Below are positions 38,450 to 53,651 of a stretch of 64,000 nucleotides of DNA, in pieces (position 1 is the first letter of the stretch; every line of letters begins with the position of its first letter). Both the position numbers and the translations under genes were made by a program. Under the pieces are notes generated by a model that was not told the origin of the DNA, made no database searches, and saw nothing but the letters and a program-made list of their open reading frames with translations. The stretch lies in assembly GCF_006345805.1 (NCBI RefSeq), contig NC_042998.1, positions 109,120,001 to 109,184,000 of the forward strand. The letters are read 5' to 3'. Source of the stretch: Octopus sinensis (lineage: Eukaryota).

Positions 38450-41400
38450 GTCGTCATAGCATATGAAGCAGTGACTAGCAATAACAGTACTAGAGTCAGA
38501 AGTTCTAATATTTTTATGTCATCAAAGACTTATGCTAATACACAAGCTTGAAAGAATTTACGATTACAGAGGGGATTTAGTGGCATTGTAGCTGATGGGA
38601 TTCAATACAAATATATAACATTACCGTAAACATTCTATACGGATTTTACAGCAATTTAGCCTAAATCGTACGTCGAATGAATGCAGTCTAATCATAAAGA
38701 CCCAGTTCTGCTAACGTGTGTGTGTTTGCACATACATACGTACATACATATATATATGCACACACATACATACACGTACACACACACACACACACACATA
38801 CATACATATGTGTTTATGTGTGTGTGTGTGTGTGTGTATCTATGTAAGTATGTCTGCATATATAACACTTGAGATTTATTTTAAGCCATACTGAATTTTA
38901 TCTACTTAAGGAACTTTTCCTGGAATATCTACTTTATTTTGCAGGAAAGTCAATATTGTTTATCTAGCTAGTGAAGTATTATTTTCCGATACTAGAGAAT
39001 CTACGCTTAAATCTAATTAACAAAACCAAAGTCTTTTAGATCCTTGCAAAACGACGCACTTACACAGATTAGTCATGTCATACAACTAATAATTTCTTTA
39101 ATTTCTACAGTCATTATATCTTATTAGACTCTTCTCTGTAGAAATATAAACTCTACTACAGTTCAGATATATTTTACCTACCAAAATTCTTAGAATATTC
39201 AGTCTCATCTTTTCCAATTTATAACTCACTTTCACTTATTTCGGATTCTATATATGTCTGTATATAATAAATAACAGTGATATACTGTATTTTTCAATCG
39301 ATTACATTTATCGTTGGCAAGAATTACCCTTGTCCAAAAATGTGTCAATAATTCTCTAAATTGCTTATCAATCTTGTGTGAGCTCAGTTGATTATTTGAA
39401 TAAATACTTAGCAAGGGACAGAAATATCTTCCCAACGATGATAATAGAGTGTTTTCAGCTATGGCAATTCTTTCGGAGACATTTTATTCGTGTAGATGTA
39501 AAATATTGATTCTACATACATTTATAGAGCCGATAGAATTGTTCATTTTCATAGGCAAATTTATTGATTTCTTTCCACGTACATTTTAGTGTTGTCAGAA
39601 TTGTTTAAGTTGTATAGGCAAATCTAAAAGAAGTAACTGATATTTTCATTAAAGTACAAGCAAATAGGTGATGTAAATAACAGTTACCAGATAAAAAGAA
39701 AAATTTATTTTGTTTTCTTACTCCTTATTTTCAAATACTACTCCGGTCAACTTTTAATTTAGTCGCTGCAATCGATATAATAAATACCTGTAATATCCTG
39801 AGGATGATATATTGTTCCCTCTTTTATCAATTCTTGTTTCTAAGAAATCAATGTTTAAAATTGAGTAAAAAGCTTTAGGCAAATAAATCTGTCTTGTAGT
39901 GGAAAACGAAATTAGTCATGGTGAAGGTATGTCGCCCAGATTCTTCCTCTAGGAAACTGAAAATCTGATATTGCATCAATTTGGTTCTTCGATTTTATGC
40001 AGTAAATAACTTATTGATTTAAATTTCTGAGAAGAGATGATTTTAATATGTGAACATAAGTTAAATTATGTAAGAAATTTAATGTTATCTCTCAATGTAT
40101 TTGTCGTTGAATATTCGGGTTATTGTGTACATGTACTTTTGTTCAAGTAGATACTCATAAAGTTTCTGAAGACGTTCAGTGTTTAACAATCTTGTTCGGA
40201 CTTATACTTGTTAAGTCGTATTATTTTTAAACTTTCTTTATGAGAAGAAGAGGATCAATTTCCATGGTTATTGCGTACTTTCACAGACTGTACAATTTCA
40301 ACCGACCTAGGCAGAGAAGAATTTCATTAAAATGAGGTTCTAAGAAATATATTATTAGTAAACAATTTGCCATGAGAACTGATGGCGGTCATATAACAAG
40401 AATGATAAAAGGAAGGGAGATGAGTTTATTAAGAAGAGGTAAGAAACAGTAAATGGGCGTGGAGACAAGAAACGCTGAACCTGTGATCCAGTAATTTGAG
40501 CGTGTTGGTTACATCATTAAATCATAAAGAAAGAGTCTGAGACATATCTTCATCTTGAAATGCAGTAAAATTTTTAGAATTTAGATCGGAAATGGCTTTT
40601 CTGCGTTGCGATTTGGCAAATCTCAATTTTATTTCCTATCCAGGAGGAGGAGAGCTATATAATGTAGTGTTTCCATAGATTGTGACTGAGATACTGTATA
40701 GTGTGTTTCCATATATTTGGATTGAGACACACTGGAGTGGGTTGTTGTTGTTAGACATCTACTTTAGCATAATAAAAGGGTAGGAAAAAACTGAAGAGTT
40801 TTCTTTTGCCTAGCAAGCAAGGGAGACAATTACAAACATTCACGTATTATCAGCCGTCGTTAACGGAAATAGAGCCTTAACCATAACTTACTGGGTCATA
40901 ATAAAATCTTGTGTGGTGTTATATTATTACCGCAGACAACACTAGACAATATCTATCTAAATTTTATGTAACTTTTAAGTGACACCGGAACATATTTGAT
41001 AATTAAATTATAGAGAGAAACTGACCGCAAGTTTTACTACTTCTCATATTTTCGATATCAATAATAAATACAGAGTGGTTAAATACGATTAACGAAATTA
41101 ACGAAGGTGTCTGAAATCTATTTAGACATAGACACACATATACCCACATATACGCATGCACACACTAAACAGACGCACCCTCATTGTACACGCTGACGAT
41201 GTATACCATTTAGTTTATAAGAATGTTTTGCTCAGGCGATGTATTTTGACATTGTTTTACATTGTGCAACAATCAATTCGTGATTTATTGTGCTGATCCC
41301 TAGAGAAATTCCTTTATTTTCTGCAGATTCTGTGGTTGCTTCTTGTATTTACATAGACAAGCCTCGAAATCTGTAGATATCTGGCCTATGTAAACATTGT

Positions 41401-42978
41401 ATCAGGTTTTACTCACCATTTGTATTTGTATATCGTCATTTGTATTTGTAAAATGCCTTTGTGACATCAGCATTAATAAGTATTGTACTTTTGAACATTT
41501 ATACCATGCATGAACAAAAGTTTTCGAGAAGGCAGCTCCATAATACATTACTCACCATCAGACAGGCTGCACTACTAAATAATTCGAGGCAATTTTTCGT
41601 TAGGCGTGCCGTTCAGAAAGTCTCGCAGACCGTAATTTGCCGGTGACTGAATACACAGACACAGAAAAGCACAGTGACACATACAAACATAGTAGTCAAC
41701 TACTCGCTATTGAGAATGACCCGTTTTTGCGCTCCCATCTTTCCTCTTAGGATACTGTGCTTCCTTACCATGGACACTCACAATGAGGAAGTCACACACT
41801 AGTATGGCATGGCCAAGTCTCCACTTTTCAGACACTGACGGAACGTCAGCATACATACATACATACATACGTACATACATTCATACATACCTATCTACAC
41901 ACATACATACATACATACATACATACATACATACATACATACATACATACATACATACATTGTACTACGTACGTATGTACTTACGTACGTACGTACATAC
42001 GTGTGTGTGTGCGCGTGTGTTAAATGAAAGGCGGAAGATAGAACATACGAGAATTTTTATTAATCACGACAATACATCTAGCATCGATCCCTTACAGGTG
42101 GGATACTTAACTGGTTCAGGAGCATATATATATATTATGGAAAAACGTCAAGATAGAAAATGCTAAAATAATTTTATGAAAAACATTTCAGTACCGGTTT
42201 CAGTCATTGAGACTTTTTCAACTGTAATTATGAAAAACAATTAAATTTTGGAAAAATTAGAAGAAAAGCTTTTCAAAAGAATATTTGCATAGTGTTCGGA
42301 TACAAGTGGCATTTTCCTTGTTTCTGCTTGTTTCTCTCTCTCTCTTGTATACTCTTGTGGGTTCGAGGTCGTTGTGAATTCTTGGTAGGGAAGAAGAAGA
42401 AGAAGAAGAAGAAGAAGAAGAAGAAGAAGAAGAAGAAGAAGAAGAAGAAGAAGAAGAAGAAGAGAAGAAGAAGAAGAAGAAGAAGAAGAAGAAGAAGAAT
42501 ACAGGAGTGCCATGACAGTAGTTTGTTGAATAGTCAACTGCCCCGAAAGTGACCCGCTGTGGGTGGTAGTAGTGATTGAGTTCCTGAAACATCTCTTGTG
42601 AATGTTTTGTTTATAAAATTTGCGTAGGTGTTATTCTAAACAGCAATAGTGTTAGAGTTAGGAAGGAGGTGGCTGAGAGGAAGAAGACAAAGAAGAAGAG
42701 AGAGAAGAGAGAATAAGCAGGAATGTAGGCTGTATGATAGTTGTAAGGTGTTAAATGTTCAAGTGACCTAAAATTGGATCGTTATGGATTATAGCAGTGA
42801 TTGGAACTGTTTTTTAATGAATTCTTGGGAATCTCATGAGTGTATCATTTTTAATATTTGCGTGTGTGTTTGTGTTATTCTAAGGCCGTGGTGGATATGT
42901 TGTTTGTTGTAGACGCGTTTAAAGGGGTCTGTATTTTGTAATACACAGAGTCTCTTTACTAATTCGTTGGCTACATGT

Positions 42979-43035
<57 letters not shown>

Positions 43036-44103
43036 ATATTACAAATAAGAAAATGGAGGAACAAATTCATTTCAATCATCAACTTACAAATATTACCATT
43101 TCATCTTATTTATTAACTACACACTTATAAACACACACACCTTTATACACAAATACATGTATACTTTATACATACACACATGCATGCATTCAAATATTGA
43201 TGCTTATATATGCACATGCGCATTACATGACATTTTGACAGAGCCAACTAAGTAGCATTTATGGGCCCTGCCAGATATAGCACTGATATCTCCATTAAGT
43301 TACAGCCTAGTATGATGAAAGAAGTGAGATGCATTACAAATTGTTCGCATGAAAGATGGTATAGCGAGGTTGGATCAGTGTGATGCGGAGCTGAACACGA
43401 AAAACAAGGGAGTGCATATTGGATAATGTATGTCATAACACGCTCTGTCTGAACATAAGACGGAATAGTTATGGCCAGGATATCTCTCTCTAAATAAAAG
43501 AGAAATGGCCCGGTTATAATGCATTTGATTATAGATATACACGTAGGGTTAAACGAAATAAACAATAAAGAAGTTCACGTTGAATAATTTATCCTATTTT
43601 TTTGGAAGAGCACGTGGAACAATAGCGCTTGATACATTATTGTTAAATAGAAAGTGGCATGATTACGATGAAGATCTCTGATTATAAGTTTGCCTGGTCA
43701 TAGTTGACGGAAGCTAAACAACAAAACCAAACGATACTATAAACAACGCAGGCCTTGACATACTATAATACACTCTGATATAAAAAAAGGTGGTCATATC
43801 TGAAATGTATATGATTAATGGGTCTATTTGATCGATATTGACCATGGGCTAAACAACACCAACACACAAACAAGCATATCCAGTGATTTTCTAAATGTTT
43901 TTCAGACATATTTATGGCTTTAAAATGTTTTGTAGATTCTTTAGGAATGTTTTATTGATTACAGGCATTAAAAATATATAGAAATAAAAATGAAGACTGT
44001 CTTAGACGAGATGACTTCGCCAGATATTGCTGATTTCACACAATCTAATTTTGCATTTATACATTCGGGTGTGAAGGTAGACGAGAAATCTAGTTTGATG
44101 TGT

Positions 44104-44141
<38 letters not shown>

Positions 44142-44824
44142 TGTGTATGTGTGTGTGTGCGTGTGTGTGTGTGTTCACACAGAGACGTGTGTGTAACACA
44201 TACATATGTGTATGTATGTATATGCGCACATACACACACAGACATATATATGTATACATGCATATACCATACATATGCATATATGTGTGTGTGTGTGTGT
44301 GTGTGTGTAGATGCTTTACACGCACGCACACACATATACACATACACAAACATATACAGTGGTAAATAAAATAGACAAGCATACCCACGTATTATACTGA
44401 CAAACGTTCCGAGAATAGTCTAGCATAACATAACACCTTGATATGAAAATATAGAGAATTGTAGAAGAGAGTTAAGAGTGGTGTATGAGGAGGGTGGAAC
44501 AATAGATGATATAACATTTCCTTGAACGCCTTTCTATATAACACAGCTAATTGTCTCTCAACTAACAATGGTAATAATACTAATCGATTAATAAGTTAAC
44601 TAAATATCTATTGATTATTTATCATTTCGTTTTGGCTCAGTAGCATTTTTTTCTGATAGAATTATTATTAGCAAGTAAAAAACACTAATATACTTCCACT
44701 CATAATTACTTATAAACATACACATATACTTATAATTACTTGACAAACATGCACATACACTTACATATCCAGTCCTATTGCTGTTTGTTTATTTTTGTCA
44801 TCATCGCCACCATGCTCAATAATG

Positions 44825-44884
<60 letters not shown>

Positions 44885-44910
44885 TGTTAATAATAATAAT
44901 AATCATAATC

Positions 44911-44973
<63 letters not shown>

Positions 44974-44993
44974 TAATAATAATAATAATAATG

Positions 44994-45038
<45 letters not shown>

Positions 45039-45559
45039 TAATAATAATAATATAATAATAATAATATTTTTCATCATTATTGTTATTAGTAGTAATTGTT
45101 GTTGTAGTAAGGGCGTTGATAGGGATCGGTAAAATTCTGTACAAAATACATGACGATATTTAATTGTCTTCGCTCACAATGTGAGTTAAATGACTAAAGT
45201 GATAATGTGTTCCGGCTCCCTTTTTTTCTTTTTTTTTTTTTTTTTGAAAGAAAAAGTAACAAGGAACACAACTACTTCTACGAATGAAAATATTTGAAAA
45301 GAAATACGTTAAGGAATTAATATGACTGGTAATATTGTAAAAGATGTTCTTACCACAAAAGATGTTGTCTCCGGTGTGATAGATGGTGACAGTAGAATAA
45401 GGGTTACTGGGAAGATAGAGGAACTCTATCTTTTATCTTAGTATTCATCATCATCGACATTTACTGGAGGAGGGAAAAACTTATCCAAAATTGTTTGATG
45501 TATTTGGGTCTCTGTGTGCAACTCATTGAAGAAACTAGAGTCGTTATAAACTTTGTAAT

Positions 45560-46200
45560 TTTTATGTTACGGTCAAGATTAAGGTACTCATCAACAAAAA
45601 CTTCCTCTATAAGTGCCGAATCCTTAGGAATATTCATTACATCAATTCCTCGTTAGATCTTCTTTATGAGACACTAGCAATTTAGCGACATCATCTTATA
45701 TAACTTCCGCAAACCCTTTATTCTATGCAAGCATAATTATATCTTTCCGAATTTGATTTAGACTTTCTGCTTGAGGAAAACTTGTGAAGCCGCGGATGAA
45801 GTCTGGCCATTGTATTTTTCCAAGTCAGCATTCAAAGACGAAAGTTTCACTTCATCCCATAACTCAGCTCTGTTATCGACAGCATCCATTTTTTAAAACT
45901 TCTTTCAAGAAGTCTTTAATTATAGGTTATCGGCCTTGTCAATTGCTTACATAAATTATCTAAAAGTTCTCAGATGATATGCCATGAAGTTAGATATCAT
46001 GCCATTGATCTATTGACTGGAGCAAAGTAGTTGCATTCTCAGCGATATATTCTACTCTCACGTTATCAGAAAGGTCATTTAAGTTCACTGGGTGATTTCT
46101 TGCATTGTCTAAAAGGAACAGAAATTTGTGGGAAATATTACATCTGACACTGTATCTTTCTACACCAGGATAAAAGTGTTTGTAAACCACTCTTTAAAAA
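45560..46200 (-). pseudogene. Tigger/pogo DDE transposase remnant
   Basis: FLLDNARNHP...NATTLLQSIDQ resembles LLDNAPGHP...NTTSLLQPMDQG. Confidence 0.8.
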
Positions 46201-46329
46201 GGCTTTGTGTCACCTATTTCTTCTTATTTGCATGTTGGATCAGGGGTAAATTAAAATTTGCACGATGTCTTGACGAAATGTTACATTATATATATATTGG
46301 AATTCATTCGGCGAGAAACGAACCTCAAA

Positions 46330-47250
46330 ACAGCGACAAACCTTAGCAATAAAAAAATAAGAAAATAGAGCAGTCAATACTGTAGCAAATAGAAAGTGTC
46401 TTGGATCCATCTGGGGCACCAAAACATACATAGTCAGTGGAACGAGTACGGCACAATAGAGGTGAGATTATCTACAAAGAATGAAGTCAGGAAGTACGCC
46501 ACAAAAAGCTAAGCAGTGACGAACTGGTCCGGAAACCAATCTACTTTAGCTACAGGATCGTAAAAATAAGGTGGTCAAATAAGTAGTTCACTTCGACAGA
46601 GAGGACAAAACTAATATTCTGCGAATTCAAAGGTTGCTGAAACAAAATTGGTTGGGTCACGGCTCGGAGCTATTAATGCAAACGGATCAACAAAGAATGG
46701 AATCCATCCTGGATCTAACCAGCCTGCCAGACGGCTCACTGCTGTATGTGGCCGTTCAGGGCAGAAAACCGTGACGTCAATTGTGTAGTTACACAAACCA
46801 CTACTAAGTTTTTGTCCACAACAAAAGAAGAAAGAAGCAAGACCCCATTTACACCGACACCATCACTACAGTAACGATAACACCTACAGCTAAAATAAGA
46901 GCATTCAAAGCAGTAACAAGAGAAGAGTAACAGAAACAGCAGAGAAACTGCAGAAAAAAAACCCAGCATTTGGAGCAACAGAACCAAAAGAAGAACAGCC
47001 CTCAAGTGCCGTCACATCACCAATAACAGCAGTGACAGAAAGACCCCAGACAACAATAACAACAACAACAATGCAAAAATCGTTGCCTTCCAAAACATGC
47101 CCTCCCAGTTTTGATCACTAAGACGTGGTTTGGTGAAGGTGACGAGGAAAGAAAAATCTCGTCAACAAAAAAGAAAGCTAGGAAATTCAAATAGACAGAA
47201 CCAACACCACTCAACCATGACACACCAACACCATCTTCAACAACATCATG
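46330..47250 (+). pseudogene. Possible decayed LINE ORF1 (gag-like) remnant
   Basis: GC-richer, coding-like sequence with a degraded knuckle-like VCGRSGQKT followed by a Thr/Ser/Lys-rich tail; family not identified. Confidence 0.3.
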
Positions 47251-47454
47251 AATACAATGAACACCATCGTCAGAATTACCTTCACCACAGACACAAACAA
47301 CATAAACACCAGCAAATCCCATTATGCCCGTGAAACAACAGCAAAGTAACTGTATAATGTATACATACAAATATATACATACACACACAAATATGTATGT
47401 ACACACGCATTCATACATACCTATATATATACACACGCACACATATATCATGGA

Positions 47455-47497
<43 letters not shown>

Positions 47498-47673
47498 TAC
47501 GATAGAAGCAAATATTTTCTAATATGCACATAGCATAGTACATACGAATGTGTGCATAATTTTGCTTTTGTGTATTTGCCGCCAATTACTCAATAGTTTG
47601 TAAGCTAATTTAAAATACGTCATTAATTATTTAAACTCTAATTTCATAAAATACTGAAGTAAATTTCTTTATT

Positions 47674-47734
<61 letters not shown>

Positions 47735-47778
47735 TAATAATAATAATAACAATAACAATGATAATAATAATAACAATG

Positions 47779-47852
<74 letters not shown>

Positions 47853-47889
47853 AAGAAGAAGAAGAAGAAGAAGAATAACAATGATAATA

Positions 47890-47937
<48 letters not shown>

Positions 47938-48039
47938 TAATAATAATGGAAGTGTTATCATGTACATTGTTTTGTCTTGGTATAAAAGATAGGCTACAGC
48001 AAATATTCTGCTCAATACCTCGGATTTGCTTGTCAGTTA

Positions 48040-48455
48040 TTTGACCTTAACCAGTTGAGCACGTCCCTTAGTGGCTGACGATATGTGCATCACTGATCAC
48101 GAGCTGAAGCAGTGGGGGGGGGGGGGCATCATAGCCTTGTGTCGAGAGGGATTTTTCGGGTTTGAATAAATCACTTTTGGAAACATGGATATTTCGTTCA
48201 TCATCCTTAAACAAACCTTATTCAGGGACCTTTTGAGCAGGATGGTCGACTCAACCTGAAGAAAATTCTAACTGGGCCCCACCTGCAAGGTCATGCGCTG
48301 TTTATCTTGATATGAGATCACCATGTTGCGCACATATGGTTGTAATGCATGTGCTTGGTGTACCCTCATCAGATGGGTAGTCATGATGGGTATATTGGAT
48401 TTGATATATTTGTACCCCAGTGTCACTTTGATGACATGCGCTGTTCTTTTACTCA
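48040..48455. mobile_element. Interspersed repeat (SINE-like), flanked by (AAT)n tracts
   Basis: Complex about 410-bp block between microsatellites; resembles, from memory, a common octopus repeat. Confidence 0.4.
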
Positions 48456-48467
48456 ATGATGATGATG

Positions 48468-48505
<38 letters not shown>

Positions 48506-48519
48506 TAATAATAATTGAA

Positions 48520-49450
48520 ACTATTAGACAGCTGAAAAGGAAAGTATTAGCTGAAAAGAGCAGGCTGCAGGTAGTAAGCCCGCTACGTATGCAAGACTCC
48601 AGGAGCTCCAACACCGGTGTCACCACAACCCACACTCTCAGTGAAAATGTCAAATGTCAATGTAGTGAAAAACGGTGTGAATGAAATTGGAGCTGACAAT
48701 GGTGAAGATCTCTCGCTCGGCAGGTGGCCTACTGTATAGCAGGGTAGGCCCCGTCGTCATTTAGCCACTGCGGTACGAAATAAAGGAGAAAAGATCGAAT
48801 GGAGCAAACTGAAGGCAACTATGAGAGGATGTTACATCCGAAGTGAAATTGGTAGATTTGGCTTTATGGATAGAATGAGAGATATGGCTTGAAAGGAGAA
48901 TACTTGATGTAACCTGGCAGAGACTAAGTGACCAAGTAAAACAGATAAAAAAAGAAGGGTTAGTTAGCAGAAGTATAAATCGAAGAAATCAAACGCAGAA
49001 TCTACGAAGTGGAAAATAACAATTTAATACAGATTAATGTCAATGACATTGAAGGTAGAGACATGACGGTTCTGAAACTACTTATCGAAAGACCCCTAAC
49101 TATGCACAAGGAGCCAGAGCATAACTTTTCAGATGAAGAGCTGATCATTGCTGGTAGACTACATGATATTATGCATTCAGATGAAAAAAATAGATTACCA
49201 CTAATAAAATAAATATAGAAAAACAATAATAAAAGAGATACAGATAGTTAAACAAGTCTTGGACAAGATCAGAAGTAATGATATCACCATGACCAACGAC
49301 TTATGTGTGTTGCAGCAGTTATAGTAACGGAAACGCTTGGAGTGAAGATATCACAACCCCAAACGACAAAGAAAATACTGGTGGAAAAGGTGGTTGCAAA
49401 GACAGGTAGAACAGTTGCGAAAATCAAGAGGAAAGTATTAAATAGTCGAA
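48520..49450 (+). pseudogene. 5' region of an R4/Dong-like LINE ORF, directly after an (AAT)n tract
   Basis: Decayed peptides KIEWSKLKATMRGCYIRSE.GRFGFMDRM..W...QRLSDQVKQIKK resemble the N-terminal Myb-like region of RLE LINEs. Confidence 0.6.
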
Positions 49451-50039
49451 AAGAAGAGATAGCATGGTACCGCTACGTATATAAAAGCCCGGGTGTTCTA
49501 ATAACACCCGAGTTGAAAGAATGATGATGATGAAGATAGAATAGAAGATCAAGCTATGAAACTTAAATAGTTGAACTAGGAATCTACTTACTTTGCACAA
49601 CATACACTACTCTAAAAACAATAATCTTAGGTTCTACCAACCAAAAAAGCAAAGGATTCCTAACGCAGAAAACACCGTTAGTACTGCGATAGTGAAGCTG
49701 AAAAACTATGATGTACGTAGTTAAGAAACAATTCTTGTAATGTTCTGCCTGTGTTAGAAAAAAATAATCATTAGAAGCGTTGGTTGTGCCGTAGCAAATT
49801 GGGAGAGAACTGGACTAAATGCCTTATGGCTTTCTGAATTCTAATCATGGTACAGTCAACTTTGCTTTTCATTTTCTTGTCAAACAAGTACTTGTCAATT
49901 ATTAGGGGAACTCTGCTCACCACCAACACAAATATTCTGCCATTCTCATGTTGTATGAATGACCATCACCACTAATCAAACATTCAGTTACTGTTCAGGT
50001 ATATTTCAATAGTAAACTATCTTTCTTTTCGTTTTTTAT

Positions 50040-50096
<57 letters not shown>

Positions 50097-50567
50097 TTTT
50101 TTATCTAATTAGGATCTTAAACAAATACAACAACGCAAACAGCGAACAATAAAATTCCTTCAAACAATTTTCTTAATTTTAAATCAAAATATCGTAGAAC
50201 ATAATGCATCATAACAGAGAAAAAAACATTTCGAGTATAAATGAATCAAATTAAGTAATTTTCTGATAATTATATAATCCCACTCTCTCTAAATAAAATT
50301 TTGTTCAGCTTAATAAAATCAATTTATTCTTTATCATTTCTGACAATAATATTTTTTTTTTATTTTGTTTAACTACAAATATATTGGTATTAGGTGTTAC
50401 ATTCTACAATGTGAATTATGTAGCTATGTGTGTCTGCTTAGAAAGATATCACTTGGTCTCATTGACTACAGATAGAATAAACTGGATAGAAACGAAGTAC
50501 ACTCATGTATGTGTGTGTATGTATATTGTATAAATGTATATAATTCTGTGTGTGTGTAATTGTCTCA

Positions 50568-50894
50568 CTGCGTGGTACCTTGTGCAAGTGTCTTCTACTA
50601 TAGCCTCGGGCCCACCACAGCCTAATGAGAGGATTTGGTAGACGGAAACTGAAAGAAGCCTGTCGTATATATGTATGTATTATATAGTTGTGTGTGTGTA
50701 TGTCTGTGTTTGTCCCCGCACCATCGCTTGACAACCGATACTAGTGTGTTTATTTCCCCGTAACATAGCGGTTCGGCAAAACAGACCAATAGAATAAGTA
50801 CTAGGTTTACAAAGAATAAGTCCTGGGGTTGTTTTCTTCGACTAAAACCCTTTATGGTGGTGCTCTAGCATGACCCCAATCAAATGACTGAAAC
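50568..50894 (+). mobile_element. OR-like tRNA-derived SINE (5' truncated)
   Basis: ctgcgtggtaccttgtgcaagtgtcttctactatagcctcgggcc...gtagacggaaactgaaagaagcc...aaatgactgaaac. Confidence 0.75.
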
Positions 50895-50954
50895 ACTATC
50901 AATTCTAGTAATACGAGGATATTTGTGAAAGCTAGAGCATGACAGGAATTACTT

Positions 50955-51012
<58 letters not shown>

Positions 51013-52448
51013 GTCCCATTTGACTTTCTTGGGGTTAGAAATTATTTGAATGTAGTCAGATCTAACATAACATAGGAACGTTAAGTTTCATCGACTCCTT
51101 GTGAATTGCGAGCGCTTAAATTATACTGCATATAGTGAGTACACTTTCTTCCGCGCATATATATATACATATATTACCTCAAAACCTCACACCACGCGTG
51201 GTTATTTATTACCAATGCAAAATACACTACATAGCGTTACGAAAACCCGCATTATTGTGTAACCATGCCATTTTCTCAGGTGATATTCAGCCGTTGTACC
51301 GCAAAATACAATTAATCTACTTATTAGCATACAGAATGAAATAATGATTTTCAAAACAGGATAAGGATATTAAAATTTATGTCCAATTAAATATAACGAT
51401 TGCAAAGGCAACTAAATTTCTGTATGAATGAACTAAAAGGGTTCATAACCCTGTCAGATGTTAGAATATGGGGCTAAGAGAATTTTGATGCGCAGTTAAT
51501 TTCTAGCAATAGACAAATGCACTTGCCATCAAATAGGACACTATCTTAGCGACCAACATTTAAAAGTTTGGCACCAAAATACCTACAAGAACTCAACAGT
51601 TATCAGGGAAAATTGATAAGAAAATGTAGTTCGTTATCATAGATGACATGGGAAATTTATTGTGCACGTGTATATATATGCACATACCTATGCCAAATAA
51701 CATCTATTCATGCACATACACAAAACAAAAAATATATATTTACACAAGTAATCATAAAGTTAAGGATATCGTACTCATGCAAATAAATGCACTAATTATT
51801 ATTTTGGTGTGTATAAACACCTATACATCTCACAAATATATATTCATTAAACCATGCTTTCGTATCGCTTCCAACACTACCCATATATATCACGCCCTTG
51901 GAGTCACGCTACAGGGATTTCGGAACGAGGGATTCCACAATGATCCCATAGGCATCCCTCAAAAGCCCTAGGCTCTCAACCTTACTACAAGATATGGCTT
52001 AGTCTGGGGATCCCCGCTGTACTCCACGGTTGTAACTTTATATTCTTACACTCCATAAGAGATCTCTTAAGGTTGATATCAGCAATAAATCTAACCCGAT
52101 CACCATATCTCACCATACTAAAAGCGTCGATATAATACCCTGTGTTATTCATAAAGATTCTCTCATTCACAGAAAAATTATATATCCTAATCAATATATT
52201 CCTAACTTCATTAATGTACCTCGTGTCATTACACAACCAATGGACGTAATAAAGATGCTCTTTGTCTATTTCTATGGCAGCTCGGATTCTGCACAATAGC
52301 CTATATGGAGTAATGATAGTTGTCAAACGGCGCCGAACGGTTTGAATACATGTACGTATGTATGTATATGTGTGTGTGTGTGTGTATGCATGTGCATGTG
52401 TGCGTGCGTATGTATGCTTGTTTTTATGTATAAGTGTATATATGTATA

Positions 52449-52484
<36 letters not shown>

Positions 52485-52488
52485 TGTA

Positions 52489-52565
<77 letters not shown>

Positions 52566-52623
52566 ATATACATATATATATATATACATATATATATATA
52601 CTTCTACATAAAACAGGCATGTG

Positions 52624-52654
<31 letters not shown>

Positions 52655-52689
52655 TGTGTGTGTGTATGTGTGTACCAGAGTAAGTACAT

Positions 52690-53594
52690 GAATACAAAAC
52701 AAGGTGGAAAAAATAGTACTCGAATACTGGAGGTATAGTGTAATATGCTTTATTAAAAGAACAGCAAAGATATCACAAAAACTGTAACTCGGAGTTTCAC
52801 GTTCCCGTTCGTCGGACCGTTTAGAAAGGAACAAAATAAGGTTATATGCATAAATATACAATTACTTTGATAGATACACATTTGAAAGTGGTTTTGTTTC
52901 ATTGGTCCTTTCAACTAACGGTCTTTTCTCAATAACCGGTTGTTTGAAATTACAATTAAAGTTTAAAATCATATCATTATAAAAATCGAAGAAAACCTCA
53001 AATCAAAAACATGTAGAAGGAAAAACGACTTGAATACCCAGGTAAATAATTAGTGGTAAAAATAATAATGAATTTAAATAAATTAAAAGATATATCCGTT
53101 TAAAAAGAAAGAACACTTAACAAAGAACTAACATCCTAAAATACATATACATTTAGCAATACATACACAAAGCAAACAGCCTATATATACATATATATAC
53201 TAAACATACAGGCGTTGGTACATGGCTGTATAGATATACAGACAAATATAGGCAAAATATAAATAAATACAAATGCATATATATATGTGTGTGTATCTCA
53301 GGGGTATTGGAATGAATTTCGGTGGGAATAAAACCGAGTCTTGAATGAATTTTCCGAAGACCCTGTGTAAGTTTTATATTCTTGTGAGCCATCTATTTGC
53401 ACTTTAGCTTTATAAACAATTACTTTTTCAAGACATTTACCTTCTAATGGACAGCAAGTCTTATCTTTGAAATTGCAATTCCTCAGATTAGATTCGGCAC
53501 TGTGGTTGTTTGTAATAATTTCTGTGTTATATATAGAGAGAGGATCAATGTTTATTACGCCGCTGTTGCGTTCGTGTCCCATTTTTTGTATTCT

Positions 53595-53600
<6 letters not shown>
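52690..53600 (-). pseudogene. PLE 3' remnant: GIY-YIG endonuclease fragment plus pseudo-LTR
   Basis: 53298-53582 encodes CNFKDKTCCPLEGKCLEKVIVYKAKV...YTGSSENSFKTRFYSHRNSF (PLE GIY-YIG with upstream Cys cluster). An HHR-like motif lies downstream. Confidence 0.8.
52779..52822 (-). ncRNA. Minimal type I hammerhead variant (U4C core) in the PLE terminus
   Basis: AAACGGT-CCGACGA-ACG-GGAA-CGT-GAAAC-TCCGA-GTT-ACAGTTT. Stem I has 6 of 7 pairs, stem II is 3 bp with a GNRA loop, and stem III is the near-palindrome ACTCCGAGT. Confidence 0.6.

Positions 53601-53651
<51 letters not shown>

Noticed and set aside
41790-41835. Minus-strand KWRLGHAILVCDFLIVSVHG ending at a GTAAGG donor-like site
   Set aside because: Weak acceptor and no recognisable family; insufficient evidence for an exon.
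48290-48380. Minus-strand CTGATGA-GGGT...CACC/GGTG..TCTC inside the 48-kb repeat
   Set aside because: A stem II-like helix is followed by ATAT instead of GAAA.
48540-48660. Possible HDV-like ribozyme at the 5' end of the R4-like LINE
   Set aside because: I could not build the nested double pseudoknot by hand, only a simple hairpin; needs a descriptor search.
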